Position numbers and translations under genes: made by a program
Notes under the pieces: generated by a model
What the model saw: only the letters and a program-made list of their open reading frames with translations
The model's database searches: none
What the model was told of the DNA's origin: nothing
NCBI RefSeq assembly: GCF_018350175.1
Contig: NC_058368.1
Location: 136,650,001-136,714,000, forward strand
DNA length: 64,000 nucleotides
Direction: 5' to 3'
Origin: Felis catus
Taxonomy: Eukaryota
Part shown: piece by piece, positions 1-14,002 of the stretch
Layout: each line of letters starts with the position of its first letter
How positions within the stretch are numbered: the first letter of the stretch is position 1

Positions 1-3000
1 TTCAAAAACGTGCTCCGAGCCATGCCATGTGTCTGTGCTTTACAGGCATTGATTAGCTCATTTAATCCTGACAACCTCCTTGTGAAAGTGGACGGCTTTT
101 ATCCCTTTTTACAAATGAGGTGTGTGAGGTATAGAAGCTGCTTTGTTCAAGAACTGGCTGGGATACAAACGGATGCTTGATACTCATGTTAAGCAGAATA
201 TTGGAGCTTTTCTTTTCTTTTTTATTCTTTCCTTTTTATTTAATCTTCTTTTTCTCCCCTAAGGCATTACCTTCATCTTCAGCCCTCTCAACTTCAAATA
301 TTCAGGACTGGTGTTTAAATTTTCACTGAAAGGAATGACAAGCAACAAACCACCCTGAGCTTCAGTTTCTACATTTATGTCAACATCTGGGGGGTCGGAT
401 GCCTTGGTTAGCAGCTGATGCTGGGATGTCGGGAGGAAGATGCAAGGACTTTTGTATATTGCCCAACAAAGGCATCATGACTGAGCCTCTCAGCAATACC
501 GCGATGCATTGAAATAAGGGACATTTAGAAGAGGCTGAGGTCGGGCGGAGGGGGAGGCGGTGGATCTTTTGAGAACAGCAGCCTCTGAGGAGTTTTTAGA
601 CACCAGTCAAAGAATCCATTTCCTCCCACAAACATAGACCTTTGAGGGCACATTTTAGCTGTGGCTTCTGAGTGCCTATTTTTATCACTGTCCAGTTATT
701 GATGAACTGGAATGTCTTTTATTTTCCATTGACGAGGTCATCATTTGCTATTTATTTTAGGTTGATAAGATGTTGTGAGAACAAAACTTCACTGCTATAT
801 CCATCCGTGAAACAGAAAAGAACAATTAGGAAGCTCTTTGATTTATCCCCAGACTGTTAACTGATAAAGATGGTTGCATTCTTGTTTTGATTTTTTTTTT
901 TTTTTTTGGTAGGACTTTATAATATCAAGAATCTCAGATTTGGAAAAAAAAAAAAGAGTTCATCATTTGCATCTGCTGTGTGGAGATTTGCATTTTGGAA
1001 CTATTTTGCTCGGCATCGGGGCTATGTGAGCTGCTGCAATTATGTGTCCTCCTGCCCTCCCTTCTCCAGAGGGCAAGGATTTCTGCCCAGAAGGACTGAC
1101 CAGCCATATTCACAAGTTCAGGCCATGTTACTGCTCAGCCCCTGCTAGAGGAAGTCCCAGAGCAACTTCCTGAGCGCTACCCTGATCCCTGCCACCCCAG
1201 GGACAAGGGAGGACTGGCAATCATTACAGTAATTCAGAAAGATGGTTTGGGATCTAGCTGGACTTCTTGCAAAGCTTTCAGTCACCATCGTCCCCTCTCC
1301 AGGGAAAACTTAATGAATGATTCAGAAAACAAACGTTCTTTATTCAAGGATCAAGACACTGTGCTTGTTACAATGTGTGTAACCCTTCATGTTAATTTTG
1401 CTACCAGAAAGAAACTTCTCAGAGCCAATACTTGCAATGAGAAATTAAGATGGAATGTTGCCCCATGGTCAGTTTTTTTCTAAGGAAAGGCACACAGGGC
1501 ATGTAGAAGCACCTGAATTTTAGGGCCAGAAGCTAGATTTGAATTCTAGCATAAAAAAATGTAGGTTTTCCAAAGGCCATGATTAATCATAATTTATTTT
1601 TAAGTTTTGAATAAGGAATACAGTCACATGGGTCAACATTTTTAAAAATATAGAGTCAAAGTCTCCCACCTACCCTGTGTCTTAGTCACTCAATTTTCTT
1701 CTTTCTTGTGCATCCTTCCAGAGATGTTTTATGCATATACAAATATATATTTATTCCCGTTTCCCCCCCTAAAATAGTGGCATGTTATGTTCAGTGCTTT
1801 GCTTATCTTCATTTTACATTATATTTTAGAAATTTTTTGATACTGGTACAAAAACAGCCTTCTCTTTTTCATGGCCACATAATATTCCACTAAGTGAACA
1901 TACTATTTTACTGTCCCCTAATGTGTTGGCCAACAATTTTCCATTAAAATCTGGACTAATCACTGAGAACAACTGAGAATCTATTTGGAGGTATTTAAAA
2001 ATGAGATAAGTTCTCATCATATAGTAGTTTGAATAGTACCCATGAAAGAGGTCCCCTGAGAGTTCATTTTGAATATTCCATCATCTGTGGACTGCAGAAT
2101 CCTGCACAGTAGGCCATAAGGCACTGGGCAGTTACCACAAAAGAGTCACCCACTTTTCTGGCATTAAAAAAAAATGAATGCAAAAACATTAATAAATAGT
2201 ATTTCATAACTTAGATATATACTCATGTGTGCTTAAATGAGGGTTATCCAATATTTGCTTTTAAATCATTAGAGTTAATGTATTAAAATAGAAAACACTT
2301 TTGACATCTGCTCTGTTCTGTCACTGCACTTAACTGGGGTAACACTCCCTTTGCCTGATACTGTGCATTTCAAATACAGTAGAAAAGGATTAATTGCCTT
2401 CTAATTCAAAGCTTGAAAGACTCAAACTGAAGCTATAGTGATTAACTTTAAACAACATTTGAATTCTATTTAATTAGAGTCTTCAAATCCATTTTCCTCA
2501 GTTTTGGAGCTACATTATTTATATCACTGACATAGTAACATCTATTTTTGGTAGGTCTTGGGCCTATGCTCCATCGGCCTTGTTGTGAGAACAAAGGCTC
2601 GTGGAACAGGTGCTCAGGCCAAAAAAGACAATGTGATTGTGGGAAGTGGCAGCAGGTGGCACAACTTATCTCCCTGAGATGCAGCGTGGAGAGTTTGACT
2701 TGATATAAATTACCGGGATGAACTGCTGGGTTGGGTTCTCAGTGAGAACATGGCGGGTGGCCCTTCTTACAGAACCTACTTTTAGGAAGGATCCTATGAA
2801 GTAACCGAATGGTACACTGGCCATTCAGAGACCGGCCAAGAGGCTGAGTTGCCTGTTTGCTGGGATTCCTTTACTGATGACAGTGGGTATGGATGAGACA
2901 GGATGTGGATGGCACCTAACTTTCTATCACTGTAGGCCCCCTGGCAGGCACACACGAGGTGCGTCACATGTGCTTACAGAAATGAGCTATTCTCAGCAAC

Positions 3001-3281
3001 CTTCCTGTGGACATGAGAGTAAAGAAGTTCATGGATGTTTACCATGTATTGTCAAGCAGGGAAAGAGATAAACAAACCAGGGTACAATATGGGGGACTTA
3101 TTAGGACCCCTCCCTTGCACAGCCCATTCCAAGACCCCGTACATGTTTGTTTCTGTCATTTTGAAATATTTTCTTAAAGAAAACCTACAAATTTTAGAAG
3201 TTTCAGATACACAAAATCTATATTCACTTTGGTTGTATAATAGCATATAAATATGATTCCTTTTTTAAAATGGAAAATTAT

Positions 3282-3500
3282 GGGGCACCTGGGTGGCTTA
3301 GTTATTTAAGTATCCAACTCTTGATTTTGGCTCAGGTCATGGTCTCAATGGTTTGTGGATTTGAGCCCCATGGTGGGCTCTATCCTTCTTGGAATTCTCT
3401 CTCTCTCCCTCTCTCTCTGCCTCTCGCCTCTTGTCCTCTCTCTCCCACTCACTCTCTCTACTCTCTCTCCCTCCCTCTCTCAAAAAAAAAGAAACTTAAA
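3282..3500 (+). mobile_element. CanSINE (internally deleted)
   Basis: ggggcacctgggtggct head, (CT)n body, A tail, TSD aaaatggaaa(a)ttat. Confidence 0.85.
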
Positions 3501-4621
3501 AAATGGAAATTATTTCCACTCTTATGGAAAATTCTAAAAATTAGAATAACATATATATGCAACACACACACAAGTTAGGGGGGAAATTTTATCAAAAATA
3601 TTAAAACTTTTTTTCTCTGAAGGTGATTCTTTATTTGCTATTTTCTACTCTACTAGAATAGCAAGTGAATTAATGCCATGTTAAAACTTACACCTGTCCC
3701 CCCATATAAAGGAGTATCCCTTTGAACTCACTAACCTTTTCATGACTGTTATTTGCAAGCGATGTTTCTCCCCATCCAGCACTGGAAATGAAATTGTCTT
3801 TTCAGGTTTCTTGCAATCCTAACTCTAACTGGGGAAGAAAAAAATATATATGAGCAAAACTGTCTCCCCCTGAATTACAAGCTTCATATTCACAGAAGGA
3901 TGCACATCCATTATTTGGCAGGTTTTTGCATGAAGTCGGTCAATATGTCAAGAGTTTCTCTCTCCCCCATGCCCTGGTGTCTTCTCTAAGCCCCTCACAT
4001 CTCCTCAACTACACAGTCACACTCTGTCTTCCACCCCCAGTGTCTTTAGCCAAGCTGACTCACACCTTGTACCATCACCTGGTAAGGAATTTGAAATCTG
4101 AAACTCTGGGGTGTTAAGAGGATAGGTGACCTTCAGGTCTCTGTCCACAAAACTCAGGACAGCAGAGGCTGTGATCCCTGAGTTTAAGTCTCCATTAGAG
4201 CATCTTAGAATTTCTTTCACCTGCAAAAGCTGGTCACAAGTGTCAAGCCCTGCTCTTGCTCCCTCTCTTACACTCTCATACTCAGAACCTTTAGACTATT
4301 CCTCCTGTCCCACTGCATCCTGGACGATGGAGGGCAGGGATAGATAGGGAGGCAGTAAATTAACTTTATCCTGGGGGCACCACACTTGTCCTGCCATGTT
4401 CTCTGTGATCCTCCAAGAAGACCACAGGAAAAAAGACCACACTGTGAGTAGGTGGCTGAGGTCTTGGTGGGTTTGACTAGGAGAGAAACTAAGGGTTAGG
4501 AGCTGACTTGGGGACCACAGCATGTATCTCTAGAAATATCATTAATTTATTCTCTTCACTAACTCAGTTTTTCAAGCATTCAATAGATACATATCATGTT
4601 CTTACTATGTGCCAAGAACTG

Positions 4622-4831
4622 TTTTTTTTTAATGTTTATTCATTTTTGAGAGACAGGGAGAGACGGAGTGTGAGCGGGGGAGGGGCAGAGAGGGAAATTC
4701 AAAGAATTCAAAGCAGGCTCCAGGCTCTGAGCTGTCAGCACAGAGCCCGATGTGGGGCTTGAACCCATGAACCGTGAGATCATGACCCGAGTCGAAGTCG
4801 GACGCTCAACTGACTGAACCAACCAGGTGCC
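4622..4831 (-). mobile_element. CanSINE
   Basis: Reverse-complement SINEC consensus (tttaatgtttatt...ggctccaggctctgagctgtcagcacagagccc...aggtgcc). Confidence 0.9.
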
Positions 4832-6986
4832 AACCAAACAAAGGTGAAAGGAAAATAACCTTGCATTTAGGTATTCACAATATGGTGAGATAATATGCTA
4901 GTCATTTTTAGTAGAGTTATAATTTTTCTAAAAATAGGAAGACATAAATACATATACCCCAAAATACAGAGTAGCTGTCTTTTAACTTTCTAATAAAATT
5001 CAGTTACAATTAGGTGTATGCCTCAAAAATATTAGCATGGCTGGACACTCCAGCTCAGCTTACCATGGGTGCCAGCCCCCAGTAGAAGAGGAGAGAAAGC
5101 ATAGCATTAGTCCAAAAAAATCTAAGTTCTTCTGCAAAATAAAACACTTAAAATGGTGACAGGTACACAGTAAGCACTATGTAAGTGTCAACCGTCATCA
5201 TCATCATCATCATGTTCTTCATCATTATTTTAAGCAAATGGGGCAGCAAATGCTAAGGTCTGGGGTAAGAGAGAGCATGACATGTTTAAGGGGCTGAAAG
5301 GAACTTGGTAGAGACATAGGATGCTGAGATACTGGGTGGGACAGACAGGTAGGGGACTGACCATGGGGACTGTTGGCCATGGGGGTGCCACTAATAGATC
5401 CTCAGTGTCCTCCACCTCCTCCCTAACTTAGGGTCTGACTATGATTCCCCTTGACTTCTAATGTTACTTGGCATGCCTGCTTCCCCTGTACTTATTCTAC
5501 CATATCCTGGACACAGATGTCATAGATTCCCAACATCCCTAAAGTAGGACTCTCATCTGATCATTCCTTTACTCAAACACCTTCAGTAGATGCCCACTGT
5601 CCAAGGAATCAGCCAACTGTCTCAAGGTGCACGTGAGCACGCCTCTACACCCATCCACACGAGGCCATTTGCTTCCACAAGCCTCTATGCCTTCAGCACC
5701 CTCCCTAAACGCCCATCTCAATCTTTTGAAATCTGGACATTTTCAAAGCTCTTCTCAATGCTCCCTCTTCTGTGAAGGCTTTTCTTAGACTGCAGAGAAT
5801 CTAAGTCCTCCCATCTCTAAATCCCCACTTTGTACTCCCACCAAGGTGATTTGTTACCCTGTGCACTTGCTCGTTTCTCTGCACAAGCTCATAAGCTCTC
5901 TGAAGTCTTCCCTTCATGGAGCACTTTTTACAATGAGTATTCTGTAGAATACACACTTTAGCAAACGCAATGGGAAGAAATGGAACCAGACCCCAGGATG
6001 GGGTTTCCCATGTCCACATCACTCTAGCCTCCTTTGCTTTTTGGTGGGTTGTGCCTGGGAGTCCTGTGTAGACAGTGAGGAAGAGGGTGAGTACCCAGGG
6101 CAGACCAGTGGCTATGGCCATGCTCCAGTCCACCAGGCTGATCACTAAGTCCAAGGAAATAGGCCAAGATGTGTTTCAGTATAATAAAAACCTCTAGTCA
6201 TTAAGGCCATAGGTTGGAAACATGATGGGTGAAAAAAGATAACTCCATGACTAGAGGTAAATCAAATTATTTCCTTTCCTTTTCTTTCTCCATTCCTTCC
6301 TTCCTTCTGCTGACAAATATCTCTGTTAGGTGGTTAAGAGCCCTTGGCCCAATGCCTCTCAGCCCACCTAGATACTCTGGTTTGTCACGTTTCCCTGCTT
6401 AATTACCATTATCAACTTTCTAGATTTTTGTAAACTCAACACACTGAATAATGAGGTTAATAAAACCAGTGAACTCCTTTGCCATGTACACAAACTATTT
6501 CTATAAAAATGTCAAATGTATTATTAGCTCAGATTAAATCATCTTTTCTTGTATCTTATAATTTTTTTCTAATGAACCTATTGGCTTTCTAGTGAGGGCT
6601 TTACTTACTCGGTGTTAAGATTTTAATTCCTCTGGACTTGATTAGAGCCTATATATTTATAGCTTCTAACATTTCTGCACTGAATAATTTCCCCAGTGGA
6701 TATGCATCTGTAATTCAACAAATCAGACAGCCTGAAGCCCCCAGCAGAAGCAATGACTAGCTCTGGCCAACTCTGGACTCTGAGACACCCACTTAATCTA
6801 AAAAAGCATCTAGTAGCTTTGCGCAGTGGCAGGATCATAGCCAATGAGGCTTATCCAAGGTGCAATTATGGCTAATTAAAAAAGCTCCTATTCATTCTTA
6901 CAGCTTGCAGGGTTGTCAGAAGACTAAAAAACACAAAATACTCAAATACTGGTTATTTTTAAATAAAAAGATCAGTCTTTAAAATT

Positions 6987-7190
6987 GGGGCACCTGGGTG
7001 GCTCAGTCAGTTAAGTGTCTGGCTTAGGTCACGATCTCAGAGTTCGTGAGTTCGAGCCCCACATCCGGCTCTGTGCTGACAGAGCCTGGAGCCTACTTTG
7101 CATTCTGTGTGTGGCTCTCTCTCTCTGCCCTTCCCTGCTTGTGCTCTCTCTCTCTCTCTCTCAAAAATAAATGAACATTTAAAAAAAATT
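6987..7190 (+). mobile_element. CanSINE
   Basis: ggggcacctgggtggctcagtcagttaag head, CT tract, aataaa and A tail. Confidence 0.9.
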
Positions 7191-8774
7191 TTTAATTGCA
7201 TCTCTTTATTCAACAAACATTTATTGAGGGCTTCTTACGGGCCAGAGTGTACATAAGCATCAGGGATACAAACTATCAGCCAGAATTCATTCCTAGATCC
7301 CCCAGCCTCCTGACACTCATTCACTAACAGGGGCAGACAGATGTTTAGCCAGCTTTTTATATGGTCTTCAAGAGCATATAAAAATTAGCAATAGGTGAGG
7401 TTGTTTTAGAATAAATAGGCTCAATCAAAAGACATTTTCTACAAACGGAGTTCATTTAGAGTGCAAAAGAACCCTAGAGGCAAAAGATACTTTTTGCTCT
7501 CATTTGGGGTACAAGCTGACCCTGAAAAATAGCAAATCCTTTGAACTGAATAGCTGTACTATTTAACAGCATGCCAAGAAAGTAAAAACAAGCAACACTG
7601 AAGGTCAAAAACAGGGGTGTGGAAAAGCAGAGCACGGATAAATCAGGGTTATTTCACGGAGAAAATCAGTGATGACCACGTGTTCTGGGTTTAATGAAAG
7701 ATCTAAATGCAGAGCCCATAAGAACTCTAAAGTAGCCTGAAATTTATTAAACAGCTCAGGTTCTACTGAACTGTGACCAACACAAGAGCCTGGAAATGCG
7801 TACTTTGCTTACACTTTCTGCAGCTGACTGCTATGCTCAATCTAGAAATAACTTCCAAGTATGGGCTGGCTGACCAGGAAGCTCTAAAACTGCACTGACT
7901 TCCATGGTGATTCCATCATCAAGGCATAGTGAGGACTTAGTCACATCCAACATTGGACCCAGTCCAACGAGAAAATGAGGTTAAGAGAATCAAGCCCCAG
8001 TGCCCAAGGCTTGCAGAAGGTGCTAATTGGATAACACGGGCGATGTTCTCAGCATCTCCTGGAACTATCGCTAACATCTACTGAGCACCTACCATGTACC
8101 TGATGCGGCTAGACACTTCAGATGTTTTTTAGTATCATTCAATATTCATGTGAATTAAGTACTATTATCACCCCATTTTAGAGAGAAGGAAACTAAGGCA
8201 CAGAGAGGTTAAGCAACCTGTCTTTGCCCATTTTAGCTGCTGAGTCCAAGAACGGGAATGAACTCAGCCTCTGTAACCCCTGAGCTGCAGGGGGTGGATG
8301 TTCCCTTCCAAAGACTACATTTTACACCCTGGGAAGAAAGACACGCTTCTTGCAACATTTACCCCGCTGTTCACCCTACCAACTTGAACTTTTTTGTGAT
8401 TAGGTTGTTAGTGTGAAATACCGTGTGAAAAAACTGATCGATTCTCCCTCCGAAAGTGGAGCTACAGCTAGGTAAAAGTCAGGGCAGGAAGCTTTATCAG
8501 AAGCCAAGTAAAATAAGGATAAAAACATGGGCAGAGGCAGAAGCCCTCAGAAAAGGGTCATCAGGAATCAGCAAAGCAGTTCAAACACTGGCGTAACCAA
8601 TCAGCTTAATTCCTAGCGCACAAGGGCCAAGGGGAGATTTGGAGCGAAGGGTGACACGGGCTAGCTAACTTCAGAATTATGGGATCACAGGGAATGTTGA
8701 GGAGAGAGGTCATTCCAGAAACGTGCTCAGGGTCCAAGGTTGGGAAGAAAGAGGTACAAAATGACTTCAGGGAG

Positions 8775-8975
8775 GGGCGCTTGGGTGGCTCAGTCCGTTA
8801 AGTGTCTGACTCTTGGTTTCGGCCGAGGTCATTATCTCACGAGATCAAGCCCTGTGTCAGGCTGCACGCTGAGCGTGAAGCCTGCTTGAGATTCTCTCTC
8901 CTTCTCCCTCTGCCCATCCCCCTCGCGTGCATGCACACACACACTCTGTCTCTACAAAAATAAACAATTTTAAAA
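8775..8975 (+). mobile_element. CanSINE (older subfamily)
   Basis: ggggcgcttgggtggctcagtccgttaag head, CT tract, aataaa. Confidence 0.85.
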
Positions 8976-11615
8976 AATGAGGCTACAAAAGGAGAAAGGA
9001 CCAGGCATGACCAGAGTCCAAGAAAAACGCATCAGCCAGCACTGAAGCAGGCCACCCAGCCTTCCTGGGGTAACTGTCACCAGACAGCTTCCCTCCAGGA
9101 CCGGTACCACTGCTGATTCCATCACCTGATTCAGAGGGAGAGGAGGCCTGCGTGGTGGGCAGGAGCTAGGATTTAGGTTAAAAGACAGAAAACACTGTCT
9201 TCCATTCAAAATTCAGAATTGCTTATAGTAAGCAAATCGCCTACCAAAGCACCTACTTGGGAGCTAATGGGTACTTCGGGGTATGTGGAGGGAGGTGAAC
9301 AGGGTAATAAGCAAAACGAGGAAAATGAAGCCCCAACTTTTAGAAGAGTTCTTGGTGTTAACCCTGTGTCTATAAAACGACACTTTGCTGGGAAAGCTCT
9401 GAGAATGCATAGAGTAGGGATGGAAGATTAGTATCCAAAAGGTGGTTCCTCTCGCTGTCCTTAAGTTCATTCTCCTCTAACATCTACAGGGTACAGGGGA
9501 AGCCAGGTAGGGTACGGGGGCCTGCTGGGTACCCTGCATGCACCTACTGCTAATACGATGCATGGGAGTTGACTGAATGAAGAGCTAGAGGGTGCTTGGC
9601 CTAGGATTAGAGACCGCCTCATTTGCAGGAATCTTTCCTCTTCGTTGGGGCTTCAGGTCAGATTAACACTGAAGGGCCCTGTTCAAGTTGAGAGACTAGC
9701 ACCCAGGCCCCCCTGACCCCCTCCCCTAGGTTAGCCTGCATGGAAATCACTAACCTGGATGTATTTATGTTCTAGATTCCCCCCTGGGACAATTGGACTG
9801 ACCCGTAACGCTTGCTTCTACATGTATTGTATAGTCCACGACTATTCACTTGTTAATGCACTGGCTGGATGGGGTGAGCAAGTGTGGAAAGTTATAGGTA
9901 GAAGCTCTGGAGCCAGTGGAATCCCAATACTGTGCGACCTTGATGGCACTGCTCCCAAGCCTCGGCTTCCTCACGTGGAAGATAGGTTAATGAAAGCATA
10001 CACTGCATGATTCCACCCCAGCTGACCTTCTCAGCTTTATTTCACATCATGTTCTCCCTCCCCTGTGTTCATCAGACACAGCTGAGCTGCCCTTCTTCCT
10101 GTTTCTCAAATGCATCAAGCTCAATCTCATCTCAGAGCTTCTGGAAGCCTCTCCCCTCAGTTATTCCCAAGGCTGGCTCCTTTATACACTGTGGATCTCA
10201 TTCAGAAATAACCCTTCGGAGAAACCTTTCTTGGCCAAGGAATTTCAAGTAACTTCTCCTCCCAGTTCAGGTTCCCTTCTTTATTCTGATCTATTATCAT
10301 CACAAAATTTGCCACTCTTTGAAATAACCTGAAATGTTTATGCATTTTGTTTTGCACTGACTCAGTGAGGACTTCCCTATCTCCTTATCTGAAATTGCGC
10401 CCTATACCTCCCCTATTCCTCTTTCCTTAGTACTTATGTATAACGTACTATATAATTTACTGATTTCTTTGTTGTCTGTCTTTTCCCCACGAGAATGTAG
10501 CTCTGTGACAGCAGATATTTTTGTTTGTTTGGGTCACTGCTGTATTCCTAGCACACACTTGGCACCTAATAGGTAATCAATAACATTTACTGCGTGGAAG
10601 AATCCATTCGTTCAGTTCTGTCTCCCTGGAAGGTAAGCACTCCCAGAGCAAGTACTTCATCATCCTGTTTACTGTTGCATCCCAGTAACAATTACATAAT
10701 GGCACCCAAGAAATATCTTTTCAGTGCATGTGTGGCACGCATTTCATAGGGATATTTGAAGATTAAAATGAGAGTGTCCTGATAAACTTGGTGTAACTGC
10801 CACACACAGTAAGAGTTCAGTAAAAATTAAGCTGTATTTACTATTACAAACTGAGCTTTTGGCATTGAGTCTAGAAAATGTCCTGTCCTTTCTTGATTTA
10901 GGCTTCAGAGCCAGGGACACCTCCTATTTGTGCCCTGAGAAGGTACACCTGCTTCTGGTTCACTATGGTCAAGGCAGGATGGGGCCCCTAAAATTTTACC
11001 CTGGTCTAGGAAAAACGTTCTCTCTTCATTATTCTCTCACTGTAAAACAGATCTTTTTGTTGAGTCGACCAGGAAAGCCAAGGCTCAACTGACAACTGCT
11101 ATGAGAAAGTATATCAAAGTCAAGGTTTGGGCATTTCAAACCAGCTAATAGCCCCTCATCCCTTAGAAATGTGACTGGCTTTTAGTTCAAGATGGATCTA
11201 ATAGGAATTTATTCATGTTAGACGCATCCTGGTTTTCCCAGTGGTATTTCCACCTGTTTCGACTCCTGGGGCTATTTGGTTTTAGTGAATGGCTCTATTT
11301 TCCTATGCCTGGTGGAAATGCATGGAAGCGGAGGAGCTGTCTGGCATGAAGGCCAGTAGCTTTAGAGCAGTGCCTGATTTTCTCAAGAGAGAGAAGCCCA
11401 GATTCAGGCCTATATCCTTTAGGTTACCACTGTGAAGAGTATTTCTTGGAAATGGGAAGCCATGTTTGAGCTTTGAGTCCCATATTTAGGAGACTCCTCA
11501 GACACATCCTATCCCCAAAAGGAGTTTAACAATATGAAGACCTGGTGAAACTATTTGAGGTGTGAAAATCGCACAGCAGCCTTCAAAATGGCAGCCTTCA
11601 AAAACCTACCTTTCC

Positions 11616-11850
11616 GGGGCGCCTGGGTGGCTCAGTCAGTTAAGCGTCTGACTTCGGCTCAGGTCATGATCTTGTGGTTCGTGGGTTCAAGTCCCGTGTC
11701 AGGCTCTGTGCTGACAGCTTAGAGCCTGGAGCCTGCTTCAGATTCTGTCTCCCTCTCTCTGCCCCTCCCGGTCTCCCTGTCCCTACCGGCTCATGCTCTC
11801 TCTCCCTTCAAAAATAAATAAACATTAAAAATTAAAAAACAACAACAAAA
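11616..11850 (+). mobile_element. CanSINE
   Basis: Full head and body; TSD cctacctttc on both sides. Confidence 0.9.
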
Positions 11851-12162
11851 CAGCCTACCTTTCAGCTGATTTTAAGTATTTGTTGGGACTTCAAAGGGCA
11901 CCTTAAACCCTTGGTGAATTCCATACCCCAAAGCTCAGCGACTGCCTGTCGACAATCCTGTTCTCCCCAATGTGGACACACTCAGAGGCGAGGAGAACGA
12001 GGGCAAGTTCCCCATCAGGCTAACTGGTTGCAATCAGTTGCCTGAAACTACCCCCACCACATCTCCAGAGCCTCGGAAGTACGGTGGCAAGCAAGATTTG
12101 TATTCTTTAATGCTGTGTTCCTGCAGTAGCAAATTTCTGGGCAAGAATGGAATCTCCCCGCA

Positions 12163-12591
12163 CAGCACCTCGCCCTTATGCGGTTGTGGGGGAGGGGGCG
12201 GACACGTGCCAAGACCCTTATTGGACGCCAAAAACCACGGAGAGCACTGAATCCAATACCGGCATAACTACGATGGAGGTTAGTTTATAAATTCAGCAGA
12301 GTAAGAGATTACCAACAACAATAAGAAGAACAATTGTAAGAATATATCGTGATAAAACTTATGTGAATGCGGTCTCTCTTACTATACTCACCACCTTCGG
12401 ACGAAGGGAGAAGATAAACGGCTACGTGATAAGATGACGTAGGTGAATGATGTAAGCACTGAGACTTGGCGATAGGCTACTAATTGTCCTTCTGATGATT
12501 CCTCAAAGGGAGGCTCATCCACACCTGAAGAGCATTTGGCGCAGGTAACTGAAACTGGGGAAAGAGAAACTGCGGCTAAAGAGAGACTACT
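12163..12591 (-). mobile_element. MER44/Tigger7-like non-autonomous TcMar-Tigger DNA transposon
   Basis: Right end gcaggtaactgaaactggggaaagagaaactgcggctaaagagagactact and internal tttataaattcagcagagtaagagatta...gtgaatgcggtctctct match the recalled MER44 consensus in reverse. Confidence 0.7.
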
Positions 12592-12820
12592 TTATTTGTC
12601 TGGCATCCTTACGCCGAGTGCCCTCTGAATTGGCCAGTGCTGCTCACCTGACTAGCCAGCTCCTCCACCCCTGGGTTTGCACGGCTTCACTGCAGACTTC
12701 AAAGCTAGGATCTGGACTTTCACAGCTTCACCATTCCAGAGACCTCCAGGCTCGAGGAAATGGAAATTGATGACCTCTCCCAAGCACTGGGGAGTCCCTC
12801 CACTGGTTAAAGCAAAGGCT

Positions 12821-12968
12821 GGGGCGCCTGGGTGACTCAGTGGGTTGAGCACCTGGCCCTTGATTTGGGCTCAGGACATGACTTCTCTGGTTCGTGGGGT
12901 TGAGCCCTGCACAGGGCTCTGCACGGACGTTGTGGAGCCTGCTTGGGTTTCTTTTCTCTCTCTCTCTC

Positions 12969-13022
<54 letters not shown>

Positions 13023-13113
13023 CCTCCTTTGCTTGCACGCTCTCTCTCAAAATAAATTAACTTAAAAAATATCCTGATCAAATGCAGCTTTACTATTAAA
13101 AAAAAAAAAAAAA
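12821..13113 (+). mobile_element. CanSINE with long (CT)n and a second poly(A) inside its TSD
   Basis: TSD aaagcaaaggct at 12809-12820 and 13111-13122. Confidence 0.9.
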
Positions 13114-13528
13114 GCAAAGGCTAGATAGAGCCCAGCTGCCTTTCACTCTTTGTCAGATTGGCTAGTTAATTACACCTTTAACTCAGAAGTTTTCTCCTCC
13201 TTCAAACCTGAAAGCTGGTCAATTTCCCCTTCCCTTGTAACATCCTGGGGTTACCACTGCAAGCAAAGATTTGTGATGGGCAGGTTTCTTTCTCTATTTC
13301 TCTACTGCATAAGAAAGATGTGAGAAGTGATGTAATGAACTACCTTGTAAATGCTGTTAAATACATTTATTTTATCTGAAAAGAAATGTTTGTTGCTGCT
13401 TGCTGTCCATAAACTTAGAAGTCACTTTCAGTATTTTATGAGCACATCTTTCAGCTCTGATATACCTCAAATAGTAACCTTCTCTTTGAAAATATTTTTA
13501 AAAACAGAATTTTTAAAAAAAATTAAAA

Positions 13529-13705
13529 AGGGGGGATACGTGGGTGGCTCAGTTGGTTAGGTGACCGACTCTTGATTTCGACTCAGGTCATGATCTTCAT
13601 GGGATCAAGCCTCACATCCAGCTCTAGTGACAGTGTAGAGCCTGCTTGGAATTCTCTCTCTCTGCCCCTCCCCTCTCCTCAAAATAAGTAAACACTAAAA
13701 ACACA
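13529..13705 (+). mobile_element. CanSINE (shortened)
   Basis: gggtggctcagttggttag head; flanks share acagaatt. Confidence 0.8.
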
Positions 13706-14002
13706 CACAGAATTCATACAAAAAAATGAATGTCAGTTTTCAAAGTGGTCTTTTAAAATGAGTTTAAAGCACTATTAATTTGTAACGACCTTACAAAATG
13801 ATATGACTAGATATAAATTAATACAGTACAAGATGAGTTCATAAATTCAAAATTAAGATTTTAAAGATGAAGCAGTAAAGTTCAATTCTTTTTAAGAGAA
13901 TCTTATGATACTCCCACTGTAGTTCCTCTTTCCCTATTCCAATAATTTGAATTTGTTTTAATTATGGTATGGCAATTTGAAGATTTCTCAAAATCAGATC
14001 TA

